A stretch of DNA of 62,772 nucleotides, the filler included. It is 5 parts of 5 records of this genome, joined end to end, with 100 filler letters (N's around TTAATTAATTAA, not from the genome) between each part and the next. Parts side by side here need not be neighbours in the genome. Positions count along the whole stretch, not along the records: positions 1 to 18,474 come from SRR20825010_689; positions 18,575 to 26,156 come from SRR20825010_710; positions 26,257 to 40,610 come from SRR20825010_715; 2 more parts are not named here. The stretch is one strand, 5' to 3'. Below are positions 16,753-27,163 of this stretch, piece after piece (position 1 is the stretch's first letter; each line of letters starts with the position of its first letter). The notes beneath the pieces were generated by a model, which did no database searches, was not told the origin of the DNA, and saw only the letters and a program-made list of their open reading frames with translations. A program made the translations under genes and the position numbers.

Positions 16753-17943
16753 ATGACCGCAGCCGTCGCCGCGAACCAGTCCGGCCTCACCCTTGAGGAG
16801 CGGGCCGAACAGGAGCGCATGATCCTGGACGCCGTCGAGCGCTTTCTTGCCCGTGATGTCGCCCCTTATGCCCATGTGCTGGAAGCCCAGGATGCCTGGC
16901 CGGAGGATATCGTCGGCAAAATGGCGGAACTCGGCCTGTTCGGCGCCACCATCGGCGAGGAATGGGGCGGACTCGGCCTGACGGCCTCGACCTATACGAA
17001 AATCGTCGAGCGGGTCAGCCGGGTCTGGATGTCGATCTCCGGCATTTTCAATTCGCACCTGATCATGGCCGCCGCGGTCGAGCGCTCCGGTACGGAAGCA
17101 CAAAAGGCCACTTGGCTACCGCGCTTCGCCAGCGGAGAGCTGCGCGGCGGCATCGCCCTCACCGAACCGGATGCAGGCACGGATTTGCAGGCCATCCGCC
17201 TGCGCGCCGACAAGGTCGAGGGCGGCTACCGGCTGAACGGCACCAAGATGTGGATCAGCAACGCCTATCACGGCCACATTCTCGCCGTGCTGGCCAAGAC
17301 CGACCTGGACGCCAGCCCCCGGCACAAGGGCATGAGCCTGTTCCTGGTGGAAAAGGGCGACGGTTTCAACGTCACCAAGAAGCTGGAAAAGCTGGGCTAC
17401 AAGGGCATCGATTCCGCCGGCTTCACCCTCGACGATTATTTCGTGCCGGATGCGAACCTGGTCGGCACTGTCGAGGGACGCGGCATGCAGCAAATCCTCG
17501 GCGGGCTGGAACTCGGCCGGATCAATGTCGCCGCGCGCGGCGTCGGTATCGCCCGGGCCTGCCTTGAGGAATCGGTCCAGTACTCACAGGTCCGCAAGAC
17601 CTTCGGCAAACCGATCGCGGAGCATCAGGCGATCCAGCTGAAGCTGGCCGACATGGCGACCCAGGTCGAGGCCGCCCGGCTGCTGACCGAGCAGGCCGCA
17701 GCCGCTTATGACCGGGGTGAGCGCTGCGATATGGAAGCGGGCATGGCGAAGCTGTTCTCCACCGAGGCTGCCCTGCATAACAGCCTGGAGGCCATGCGCC
17801 TGCATGGTGCCTACGGCTATGCCAAGGAATACAATATTGAGCGCTATTACCGGGATGCCCCGCTGCTCGCCATCGCCGAGGGCACGAACGAGATGCAGCG
17901 CCTGATCATCGCCAAGCAACTGATCCAGCGGAACCCCGCCTGA
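16753..17943 (+). CDS. Acyl-CoA dehydrogenase
   Basis: ALTEPDAGTD, LNGTKMWISN, RKTFGKPI, HGAYGY, EGTNEMQR. GGAGG RBS. Confidence 0.93.
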   Translation: MTAAVAANQSGLTLEERAEQERMILDAVERFLARDVAPYAHVLEAQDAWPEDIVGKMAELGLFGATIGEEWGGLGLTASTYTKIVERVSRVWMSISGIFNSHLIMAAAVERSGTEAQKATWLPRFASGELRGGIALTEPDAGTDLQAIRLRADKVEGGYRLNGTKMWISNAYHGHILAVLAKTDLDASPRHKGMSLFLVEKGDGFNVTKKLEKLGYKGIDSAGFTLDDYFVPDANLVGTVEGRGMQQILGGLELGRINVAARGVGIARACLEESVQYSQVRKTFGKPIAEHQAIQLKLADMATQVEAARLLTEQAAAAYDRGERCDMEAGMAKLFSTEAALHNSLEAMRLHGAYGYAKEYNIERYYRDAPLLAIAEGTNEMQRLIIAKQLIQRNPA

Positions 17944-18219
17944 GCTTATCCGGCCCGCCTCACCACCCTGCGACGTTCCGTCGCACTGCAGCAAAGCGCC
18001 GGCTTGTCCGGCGCTTTGCACATTAGAATCAATCGAATCACCCGCTACCGCACTGCGGCATAATCGTGTACGATTTGATTCAACAGGGTTCCGGGAAGAT
18101 TCCTTGCCCGGAGCGCAAACCCAGATAAAAACGAGGCAAGAATCCCGCACCGGCCCACCTCCGGCAGCTCTGCTGGGGCGGTGTGCTTCCACAAACGTAA
18201 AACAGATCCGGATAGACAC

Positions 18220-18474
18220 ATGCTTGGCAAAAAAGTTCCGTTCGTCACCTTCCGCACCCGCGTTCGCGACGACTCCATCGAAGGCCCGAACCCGTTCAAA
18301 TGGGAAGACAAGACCACCGACGATTACTTCAAAGGCAAGAAGGTCGTCCTGTTCTCGCTCCCGGGTGCCTTCACCCCGACCTGCTCCACCTTCCAGCTTC
18401 CGGATTTCGAGAAGCTCTACAGCGAGTTCCAGGAAAAGGGCATCGACGAGATCTATTGCATCTCCGTCAACGAC
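18220..18474 (+). CDS. Peroxiredoxin (Prx5-like), truncated at contig end
   Basis: LFSLPGAFTPTCS and EIYCISVND. Confidence 0.9.
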
Positions 18475-18574
18475 NNNNNNNNNNNNNNNNNNNNNNNNNN
18501 NNNNNNNNNNNNNNNNNNTTAATTAATTAANNNNNNNNNNNNNNNNNNNNNNNNNNNNNNNNNNNNNNNNNNNN
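18475..18574. other. Artificial contig spacer
   Basis: 44 N + TTAATTAATTAA + 44 N. Composition changes across it. Confidence 0.97.
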
Positions 18575-18664
18575 AGCTACAGCCGCGCAAGAAGGCGTTA
18601 GTGTACACCAGCGCTGGTATCTAGGATACTGACCGCATGTAAGCCCCCAACAACAACCAAAAAA

Positions 18665-21600
18665 ATGAAAATCGCCAATATTCTTCGTTCCAAAGCGGTG
18701 CTTATACCGCTGGCCCTCATCCTTTTCTTCTACGTGTTTGCCTGGGCCGGGCTGCCGCGCCTGGTGCACTGGCAAGCCGGGAAACAAGTGCTGGAACGTT
18801 CCGGCCATGTATTAACAATGGACCTGCCTGCGGTAAACCCATTCACGCTGACGGTGCGCATCCCCAAGTTGAACCTGGCCACGCCTGAGGGCGAGCAACT
18901 TGTTTCATTCGACCATTTGTTTGTCGATGTTTCCGGCACGGACCTGTTTACCGGCCTTATTGCGCTGGAACAAATCGACCTGAAAAACCTGAATGTGAAT
19001 GTGGCGCTGCTGCCCGACGGCAAACACAATTTCAGCGCCCTGCTGCAGGCTTTCAAAACCGACGAGCCCGAGGAAGAAAAAAACACCGAGCCGCCTGCAT
19101 TTTTGCTCAGCCATTTGTTGATTGCCGACGCAGTGCTTGATTTTGAAGACCGCCGCACGCCCGATGGTTTGAAAACCCGCTTCGAGCCGCTGAACCTGGA
19201 GCTTCGCGACCTGGCCACCCGTTCCGAAACCGATGGCGACTTTGTGTTGAATGCTGTCACCGGCTTGGGCGGTGAACTGAACTTGCGTGCGCAAATTCAA
19301 TTGGCCGACCCATCGGTGGTGGGCGACCTGTCGATCACCGGCCTGAACATTGCCAAGCTGGAACCGCTGTTAAAGCCGCTGTTGCCCACGGCCCCACCCG
19401 CAGGCAGCATGGACCTTGCACTGAATTACGATGTGAACCTAAAGGCGGCACCAGGCGAAGAACCCGCCCAACCCAAAGTGCTGATCAACAACATCAACGC
19501 GGAAGTGCGCGAATTCAACATTGCCGCCAAACCGAATGGCGCAAGCGCGGCTGCGCAATTTTCCAAATTGAACATCAACAACGGCAGCTTTGATTTGCAA
19601 GCCAACAAAGCCGAGCTGGCTGGCATTGTGCTGGCAGGCCTGCAACTGAACCACAGCAACAAAACCAAAGCCATTGGGTTGAACACGATTGAAGTGGGCC
19701 CAATCGCCATAGACCTTGCCGGGCAACACGCTGAAATAAACACCGCTACCGTGAAGGGTGGGCAGGTGAATGTGAAGCGCAACGCCAAAGGCGAGCTTGA
19801 TCTGATGGCTGCGATTAACGACTGGATTCCGCCCGGCAACACACCGGGGAAGCCCAAAGAGGCGCCCACCAAGCCCTGGACTTACTCGGTGAACAACATT
19901 GCCCTTTCCGGCATTGACGCTGCAATTGAAGACCAAAGCATGAAGCCCGCCCTGAACGTGGGCTTGAACAGCATTGTTATTTCCACCAGCGGTGTAACGC
20001 AAAACCTGAACAAGGCGCTGCCCCTGAAAGCCAGCCTGAATGTGCAAAGTGGCGGCAGCATTGCGGTGAACGGTAACCTGACCCCTGCCACCGCTGCTGC
20101 GCAATTGAATGTGGAAATCAATGCCCTGGCGCTAAAACCCGCACAACCTTTTATTGCTCAGTTTGCAAAACTGGACCTTGTAAGCGGTGCTGTGTACAGC
20201 AAAGGCAAAGCCACTTACAACGCAAAGGAACAAGGCTACGCCGGCAGCCTGACTGTGGCCGGTTTGCGCCTGAATGAAACAGGCACCAAGAAATCATTTC
20301 TGGAATTCAAAAAACTGTTCACACCCAGCTTAAGTGCGAATGCGAAGGGCGTGAACATTCCACGTTTAAGGCTGGAAGGGCTTGATACTGCGCTGCTGAT
20401 TGCGAACGACAAATCAACCAATATTGGTCGTATTTTGGTGAACAAGGAAGAACCCCAATCTGCGAAAAAACCAGCCGCCAACGAAGCCCCCGCATTCGCG
20501 GTGAACATTGACCGCTTCAGCATTGCCGACAGTGAAATGGACTTTGCCGATGAGTCGTTGTTCATTCCCTTTGGCACACGCATTCACAGCCTGGAAGGTG
20601 TGGTGAATGGTTTGTCGAACAAGCCCGGCGCGCGCGGCGAACTGGCACTGAAAGGCGCGGTAGACGAATTCGGCGAGGCCGATGCACGGGGCACACTGAA
20701 CCTGCTCGACCCCACCGCATTCATGGACATTGCGGTGAAATTCAGCAATGTGGAAATGCGCAACCTGACCGCCTATTCCGGCACATTTGCGAACCGCAAA
20801 ATTGAGTCGGGAAAGTTGTCGATGAACCTGAATTACCAAATTGAAAACCAACAACTGAACAGCACAAACCAGGTGATCGTCGACAAGCTGAAGCTGGGCG
20901 AACGGGTTCAAAGCCCGCAAGGCCGCGACCTGCCTTTGGAACTGGCAATCGCCATTCTGGAAGACAGCAATGGCCGCATCGATTTGGGCCTGCCCATTAC
21001 AGGCAATTTGAACGACCCGCAGTTCAGCTACGGCGCTGTGGTGTGGAAAGCGATTGGCAATGTGCTGACCAAAATTGTGACAGCGCCATTCCGCGCGCTG
21101 GGCGCTTTGTTTGGTGGCAGCGCTGGCGAAGAACTGGGCAAGGTTGAATTCGCCGCCGGGGCAAACACACTAAGCCCTTCACAACGCGAAGGCTTGAAAA
21201 AACTTGGCGAGGCACTGACCACCCGCCCCAACCTGGCGCTGACCGTGCAAGGCACTTGGGCACCGGCTGATAAAACCGCCATTCAGAATTTGCAAATGCG
21301 CCGTGCGGTGGCAACACAAGACGGCGAGAAATTGCAGCCCAATGAAGACCCGGGCCCCTTGGCTTTGAACAACGAAGCCACACAAAAGGCAATTGAAGCG
21401 GTGTTTGAAAAACGGTTCAGTGGCGGTGAATTGGCGTCGCTGAAAACAGGCTTCAGAAAAGCAAACCCAGGCCAGCTTGAACAAGGCGTAGCGGGCAAAG
21501 CGCTGGGGCAAATTACCAAGCTGTTTAAAGACACACGCGAATTAAACGACACCGAGGTAAACGCCTTGAAGGGCAAAAACTTCTACGCTGTGTTGGCGCA

Positions 21601-21796
21601 AAAGCTGCAGGATTCAGAAGAAGTAAGCACTGCGCAATTGCAGACATTGGCCACGCAACGGCAACAGCTGGTAAGCACCGGCTTAACCGCTGCAGGTGTA
21701 CCCGCCGAGCGCGTAAAGACCGATGCACCCAAGGAAACCAAAGCGAACGACGACAAAACCGTGCCGATGGAATTGGGTGTGGCTGTTAACAAATAA
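18665..21796 (+). CDS. DUF748 / AsmA-like envelope protein with C-terminal OmpA-like region
   Basis: N-terminal TM, repeated beta-rich modules, LPLELAIAILEDSNGRIDLGLPITGNLNDPQFS, VTAPFRALG, RPNLALTVQG. Confidence 0.85.
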   Translation: MKIANILRSKAVLIPLALILFFYVFAWAGLPRLVHWQAGKQVLERSGHVLTMDLPAVNPFTLTVRIPKLNLATPEGEQLVSFDHLFVDVSGTDLFTGLIALEQIDLKNLNVNVALLPDGKHNFSALLQAFKTDEPEEEKNTEPPAFLLSHLLIADAVLDFEDRRTPDGLKTRFEPLNLELRDLATRSETDGDFVLNAVTGLGGELNLRAQIQLADPSVVGDLSITGLNIAKLEPLLKPLLPTAPPAGSMDLALNYDVNLKAAPGEEPAQPKVLINNINAEVREFNIAAKPNGASAAAQFSKLNINNGSFDLQANKAELAGIVLAGLQLNHSNKTKAIGLNTIEVGPIAIDLAGQHAEINTATVKGGQVNVKRNAKGELDLMAAINDWIPPGNTPGKPKEAPTKPWTYSVNNIALSGIDAAIEDQSMKPALNVGLNSIVISTSGVTQNLNKALPLKASLNVQSGGSIAVNGNLTPATAAAQLNVEINALALKPAQPFIAQFAKLDLVSGAVYSKGKATYNAKEQGYAGSLTVAGLRLNETGTKKSFLEFKKLFTPSLSANAKGVNIPRLRLEGLDTALLIANDKSTNIGRILVNKEEPQSAKKPAANEAPAFAVNIDRFSIADSEMDFADESLFIPFGTRIHSLEGVVNGLSNKPGARGELALKGAVDEFGEADARGTLNLLDPTAFMDIAVKFSNVEMRNLTAYSGTFANRKIESGKLSMNLNYQIENQQLNSTNQVIVDKLKLGERVQSPQGRDLPLELAIAILEDSNGRIDLGLPITGNLNDPQFSYGAVVWKAIGNVLTKIVTAPFRALGALFGGSAGEELGKVEFAAGANTLSPSQREGLKKLGEALTTRPNLALTVQGTWAPADKTAIQNLQMRRAVATQDGEKLQPNEDPGPLALNNEATQKAIEAVFEKRFSGGELASLKTGFRKANPGQLEQGVAGKALGQITKLFKDTRELNDTEVNALKGKNFYAVLAQKLQDSEEVSTAQLQTLATQRQQLVSTGLTAAGVPAERVKTDAPKETKANDDKTVPMELGVAVNK

Positions 21797-22691
21797 ACCC
21801 CGCCTTGCTGGCCAGCACCTCCCGCGTAACCCGAATGAATTCGCGGGTTTTGGCGGGCATGGGGTTGGCGTAAGGGCACACGGCAAAAATGTCGGCCGGT
21901 GCACCCGCCCAGTCGGTCAACACGCGCACCAGTGCACCGTTTTTCAGTTCCTGTTGAATATCCCATTCCGAACGCAGCAACACGCCCTTGCCTTGCAAGG
22001 CCCACAGCACGGAAACGTCGCCATCGTTTGAACTGACAGGCCCGCGCACTTTGACCGTGGTTTCCTGCTTGCCATTGCGCAGTTGCCAATTGTTGAAGGT
22101 GTGGTTTTCTTGCCGAATAACCAGGCAATTGTGGCGGGTCAAATCCGCCGGGGTGTGCAATGCCTGCGCACCTTGCAGGTACGATGGCGCGGCGCAAATA
22201 ATTCGCCGGTTGCTGGCCAGCTTTTGGGCAATCAGACGTTGGTCGGGTGGTTCACCAAAACGCACCGACACATCAAAGCCCCCTTCAATCAATTCAATGG
22301 GGTGGTCGGTCAATTCAAGGATCACCTCCACCGCCGGAAATTCCGCGTGGTAAGCCGAAACCACGTGGGCCATGTGCTTGCGGCCAAAGCCCAGGCTGGC
22401 ATTTACGCGCAACAGGCCACGCGGGGTGTCTTGCCCGGCGCGCAAGGTGGCTTCCAGCGCATCCAGCTGGCGAAGAATGTGTTCGCCCTCTTCCAGATAA
22501 CGCTCGCCCTCGGCGCTTAGGCCTATGCGGCGGGTGCTACGGTGCAACAGGCGCACCCCCAATCGTTTTTCAAGTGCTGCAAGGCGGCGGCTGACGGCAG
22601 GCGGCGTCACATCGAACGCCATTGCAGCGCTGGCCAAACTGTCGTGGCGCACCAGTTCGCTGAAAAACGCAAGGTCGGACAATTGCTTCAC
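21786..22691 (-). CDS. LysR family regulator (CrgA/DmlR-like)
   Basis: HTH TPPAVSRRLAALEKRLGVRLLHRSTR, GFGRKH, CAAPSYL. Confidence 0.93.
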   Translation of the reverse strand: MKQLSDLAFFSELVRHDSLASAAMAFDVTPPAVSRRLAALEKRLGVRLLHRSTRRIGLSAEGERYLEEGEHILRQLDALEATLRAGQDTPRGLLRVNASLGFGRKHMAHVVSAYHAEFPAVEVILELTDHPIELIEGGFDVSVRFGEPPDQRLIAQKLASNRRIICAAPSYLQGAQALHTPADLTRHNCLVIRQENHTFNNWQLRNGKQETTVKVRGPVSSNDGDVSVLWALQGKGVLLRSEWDIQQELKNGALVRVLTDWAGAPADIFAVCPYANPMPAKTREFIRVTREVLASKAGFIC

Positions 22692-22810
22692 AAAACCACC
22701 TCAATTTCTATTCGTGCGTATTTGTTAATAATATTTTAAATATTGCACCATTGTAGTTATTTTTAGAATCAATAGACTGGGCCTTCCACATCACGCAGCA
22801 CAACCACCCC

Positions 22811-23587
22811 ATGCCTTGGCACGCCCTTCCAGATTTGCTCCTTGTTTTGTCGTTGGGTGCGGCCTTGGGTTTCTTTGGTGGGCTGTTTGGTATTGGGGGC
22901 GGCATTATCGCTGTCCCGCTTTTTATTATCGGGTTTGGCATGGACCAGGCCCTGGCCCAAGGCACTGCGCTGGTGCTGATGGTGCCCAACCTGCTGATTG
23001 GCTGGTGGCGCTACAACCAGCACAACAAGCTGCCCTGGGCTGCTGTTGCTGCAATTGGGGTAACAGCCACTGTTACCACCTGGCTAACGGCCAAGCTGGC
23101 CGTGCGGCTGGACCAAGAGGTGCTGCACTGGATATTCAACCTGTTTGTTCTGGTGGTGGGGTTTCGCATGCTGTTGCTGCGCAACAACCCCAGCGCAGGG
23201 CACACGCAAGGCCATGTGCCCAACACTGCAGCCATGCCGATTGTGGGCGTGCTGGGTGGCACCAGCATGGGTTTGCTGGGCATGGGTGGGGGCTTGATTG
23301 CCACACCCATGCTGACCACCGTGTTCAAACACACACAAACCACAGCCCAAGCCTTGTCGCTGGCCTTGGTCACGCCCAGTTCAGTCATGGCACTCACCAC
23401 CTATGCAAACGCCCACCGCGTGAACTGGGAACTGGGCTTGCCACTTGCATTTGGCGGCTTGTTCACGGTGTCGGCCGGGGTGGCCATTGCGCATTACCTG
23501 CCTGAAAAGGCACTGCGCCGCAGCTTTGCCGTGGTGATGATCGTTGCGGCAGTTTGGCTGATTGTGCAATCACTGCACACACACTAG
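22811..23587 (+). CDS. TauE/SafE family sulfite exporter
   Basis: GGLFGIGGG...AQGTAL repeated as GLLGMGGG...AQALSL, with multiple TMs. Confidence 0.88.
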   Translation: MPWHALPDLLLVLSLGAALGFFGGLFGIGGGIIAVPLFIIGFGMDQALAQGTALVLMVPNLLIGWWRYNQHNKLPWAAVAAIGVTATVTTWLTAKLAVRLDQEVLHWIFNLFVLVVGFRMLLLRNNPSAGHTQGHVPNTAAMPIVGVLGGTSMGLLGMGGGLIATPMLTTVFKHTQTTAQALSLALVTPSSVMALTTYANAHRVNWELGLPLAFGGLFTVSAGVAIAHYLPEKALRRSFAVVMIVAAVWLIVQSLHTH

Positions 23588-23636
23588 GTTTTTCCGGTAA
23601 GAATAGAAGCTTCCCGCAACTTGCATTTTCCGTTGA

Positions 23637-26156
23637 ATGAAGCTGGCATCCCTGTTTCGATTTGTGTTGTTTGCCACACTTCTGGGCCTGGCCTCCAATG
23701 TGTGGATGGGCGAGCGGGCGGACCAACTGCAAACATCGCAGACCGTGCTGCTGAACACTCGCCTGAATGCCATCAATGAACTGCGTTTGCTTCAATCGGA
23801 ATTTGATGCGCTTCAAACCCTGGTGGCTGCCTTCGTGGTCAGCAAGAACAGCCAACACCTGGTGCATTATTACGAGCTGCTAGATGCACACGCGGGTGCG
23901 CGCCATTACGAGCAAGCCGTTGACAATGTGTACTGGAGCAAGCTGATCGCAGGCAATACCGAGCCTGTGCCGCTGGTGCCAGGGCAAGGGCCAACACTGG
24001 AAGACCGCTTGATGGCCCCCGAACGCCTTGCCCCGCAACTGACCGACAGCCTGAAAACATCGGTGGACAGTATTCTGGCCTTGAGCAAGCGCTTGCGCGA
24101 ACGCGAGCAAATTGTGTTTGCGCTGACCCAGGGGCTGTATGACCCGGTTCTGAAAGAATATGTTTCAGAAGCTGCGGTGCGAGAAGACCTTGCCATTCAA
24201 ATGCTGTTTTCAGAGGAATACCTGGGCATGACCAATGCCGTTCGCGCTGAAATTCAGGGGAGGATACGCGCGGTGGAGGTGGGTTTTCAAACGGTGATCG
24301 CGCAACAGGCTGACAACATCAACGCGACAGCACGGTTCGATTTATATCTGGGCCTGCTGGTGACGCTGATGGCCTTGGTGGGCCTTGCGGTGTTGCAGCG
24401 TTATGTGGTGGCCCCGCTGCGTGAACTGGATACGGTCAGCCAGCACATTGCCCAGGGCAATTACAGCGTAACCCTGCCCAAACCAAAATTCGTGACGGAA
24501 ATGGTGAACCTGCTCAAGGGTTACGCGCTGATGATCGGTTCATTTCGCCGCGAACTTGAACAAGCTGAAGCGGCACGCGCTGCCGAACTGGCCACACTGG
24601 AAGCGAAGATAGGGCGGGAACGTGCAGAGGCCCAGGTGGAAGCACGTGGCATGTTGCTGGCCAATATGAGCCATGAAATTCGCACCCCCATGAATGCAAT
24701 TCTGGGCATGACGGCATTGACCTTGAAATCCCCCTTGCCGGAACGGGAACGCAGTTACCTGTTGAAGGTTCAGGATGCTGCGAAATCCCTGTTGAGCCTG
24801 CTCAACGATGTGCTGGATTTTTCCAAGGCCGAAGCGGGCATGGTGGAATTCGAACAAATTCCTTTCACGCTGGACGAAGTGCTGGCCAATTCATTTTTGG
24901 CCGTGCAAAGCCAGGCTGCAAGCCGACAGCTTATTTTGCTCAATGAAGTGGCACTAGGCTATTCCAGCCAGTTGGGGCGAGGGCTGCGGGGTGATCCGTC
25001 ACGCCTGCGCCAAGTGCTGAGCAACTTGTTGAGCAATGCAGTCAAGTTCACGGAATCGGGATCGATTCGGGTGTATTCCAGATTGCAAACCCGATCGGGC
25101 ACCGAACTGGATTTGCAAATTGAGGTGCACGACACAGGCTCGGGTTTGAGCAAATCGCAGGTGGAGCGAATTTTTGAGAAATTCGCACAAGGCGATTCAA
25201 GCGTAAGCCGCGTGTATGGGGGCACAGGTTTGGGTTTGAGCATTGCACGCGAACTGGTGACGCGGATGGGCGGTGAAATTTCGGTGGAAAGTACGCAAGG
25301 CAAGGGCAGTTGCTTCAGGTTTTCTGTACCAGTGGCCTACGACAGCGATATTTTGGCAGAAGCGCTGCCGCTTGCCGACCAAACCGGGATTCTGCTGCAC
25401 CAGCATGGGACAGCGGCCAACAGTGTGCTGTCGGTGCTCCGCACGGTCGGGTTGAAGACAACACAGGTCAGCACCATTGGGGCTTTTACACAAGCAATGC
25501 ATGAAGGCGACTTCGACTGGGCCATGCTTCAATCCGATTTGATCGACAACCGCACCCCGCTGCCACAAGAATTGCTGGACGCGCTGGCCCAAACCAATTT
25601 GCATTTGGTGGCAATTGACCGCGATCTGTTTTCTGCAGACAGCGACCTGTTGCAGGTGTTGCCACCCAGCCTGTGCAAACAGTTGATCCACGTTGCGCAC
25701 CCGGTGTTGGCTCAGGATATTTGTGCGGCACCCCGTGTAGAGCTGCCGACAAACCCTTTGCCTGGTAACGAGAAAGAAGCCAGCGAAAAGCTGCAAGGCA
25801 AACACGTGCTGGTGCTTGAAGACCACCCTGTGAACCAGGTACTGATCCGTTCCCTGCTGGAAGCGGTGGGTTTGAAGGTAACGCTGTGCGGGCATGGCGA
25901 GGAGGCAGTTGAGCTTCTGGAACCGGATGAAGCTGCCCATGTCGATGCAATTATCACCGACCTTGAAATGCCAATGATGGATGGCTACGAATTTGTCAGC
26001 TGGTTGCGTGACCAAACGCGCTGGTTGGACACCCCGGTGATTGGATTGACGGGGCACGCATTTTCAGAAACACGAACCCGCTGCCTTGAACTGGGGATGG
26101 ACGACTTCATTACGAAACCCGTCGAAGCCCATGTGCTTTACAGTGCATTGATGGAC
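23637..26156 (+). CDS. Hybrid sensor histidine kinase (HAMP-HisKA-HATPase-REC), truncated at contig end
   Basis: ANMSHEIRTPMN, NLLSNAVKFT, DTGSG, GGTGLGL, TDLEMPMMDG, FITKP. Confidence 0.93.
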
Positions 26157-26256
26157 NNNNNNNNNNNNNNNNNNNNNNNNNNNNNNNNNNNNNNNNNNNN
26201 TTAATTAATTAANNNNNNNNNNNNNNNNNNNNNNNNNNNNNNNNNNNNNNNNNNNN
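26157..26256. other. Artificial contig spacer
   Basis: Same N/TTAATTAATTAA/N structure. Abrupt switch to AT-rich DNA. Confidence 0.97.
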
Positions 26257-27075
26257 TCTGGTGATACAGGTTCAATAAATAGCTGGGGATTAAATTATGA
26301 ATATGAAATAGTTGCTCCTATACTAGATGTTACACTTGATGGAAGTGGAAATGCAACAGTAAATGCAGAAGATTTATTGTTTAGTGTTGCTGTAAAATGT
26401 GGAGGATATACTGTGTTAGGCGGTAACCCATTGGCAACTACAGTTAATTTTACCTGTGCCGATGTTGGTTTGAATAATGTATTAGTTCAAGCAACTAATG
26501 ATAATGGTGTTGCATCAACTTGTACTGCTGTGGTTAATGTAATTGAAACGGTAGCCCCAGTAATAACCTGTCCAGCAGACTTAACAGTTGGCATAGGAAC
26601 TGCGACTCAATATACACTTCCAGATTATTTTGCAACAGGACAAGCTACAGTTACTGATAACTGTACAAATCCAGTAACGCTAACTACACAAAGCCCTGCT
26701 GCAGGAACAATGCTAGGTTTAGGAACTCATACCATTACCTTAACTGCAGAAGATGAATCTGAAAATATGAGTTCTTGTTCATTCGAGCTTACAATTGATG
26801 ATACCGCAAGTGTGAATGATAACAGTTTGAATAATGAAAGTATTAAAATGCATCCGAATCCAACTTCTGGTATCTTGATGATTTCAAACCCGAATGAACT
26901 TGCATTAGATTATTTAAAAATATTCGATTTAAGAGGAAGATTAGTGAAAGCAATTGACCTGAATGCAATGGGTCTTGAAAAGTCTATTGATGTTTCTGAA
27001 ATTGCTCCATCTACTTATTTAATTTTAATAGAAGGAAAAGATGGTCAGGTAACCAAGCGACTTATTAAGGAATAA
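26257..27075 (+). CDS. T9SS type A cargo protein with HYR-like domain (5' truncated)
   Basis: Frame is open from the contig start (SGDTGSINSWGL...). APVITCP...ATVTDNC...TITLTAED...CSFELT, then C-terminal MHPNPT...IFDLRGRLV...KRLIKE. Confidence 0.88.
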   Translation, partial: SGDTGSINSWGLNYEYEIVAPILDVTLDGSGNATVNAEDLLFSVAVKCGGYTVLGGNPLATTVNFTCADVGLNNVLVQATNDNGVASTCTAVVNVIETVAPVITCPADLTVGIGTATQYTLPDYFATGQATVTDNCTNPVTLTTQSPAAGTMLGLGTHTITLTAEDESENMSSCSFELTIDDTASVNDNSLNNESIKMHPNPTSGILMISNPNELALDYLKIFDLRGRLVKAIDLNAMGLEKSIDVSEIAPSTYLILIEGKDGQVTKRLIKE

Positions 27076-27096
27076 GTTTTATCCCTGATTTAAAGG

Positions 27097-27130
27097 AAAA
27101 ACCCTTCCAAAATAATTGGAAGGGTTTTTT
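27097..27130. terminator. Bidirectional intrinsic terminator
   Basis: aaaaacccttccaa-aataa-ttggaagggttttt between convergent genes. Confidence 0.85.
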
Positions 27131-27163
27131 ATTAGGTGTGTTTTTCTAAAAAAATGAAGAAAC

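Noticed and set aside
18020..18085. Possible OxyR site upstream of the peroxiredoxin
   Set aside because: AT-rich, but no convincing ATAG-N7-CTAT periodicity.
18519..18530. TTAATTAATTAA palindrome recurring four times in N-runs
   Set aside because: Artificial linker, not a biological repeat or CRISPR.
18576..18632. Possible 3' end of an upstream gene (ATAAQEGVSVHQRWYLGY*)
   Set aside because: Too short to assign or support.
18104..18808. ORFs running into or across the N spacer
   Set aside because: Translation through Ns. Only the peroxiredoxin frame is supported.
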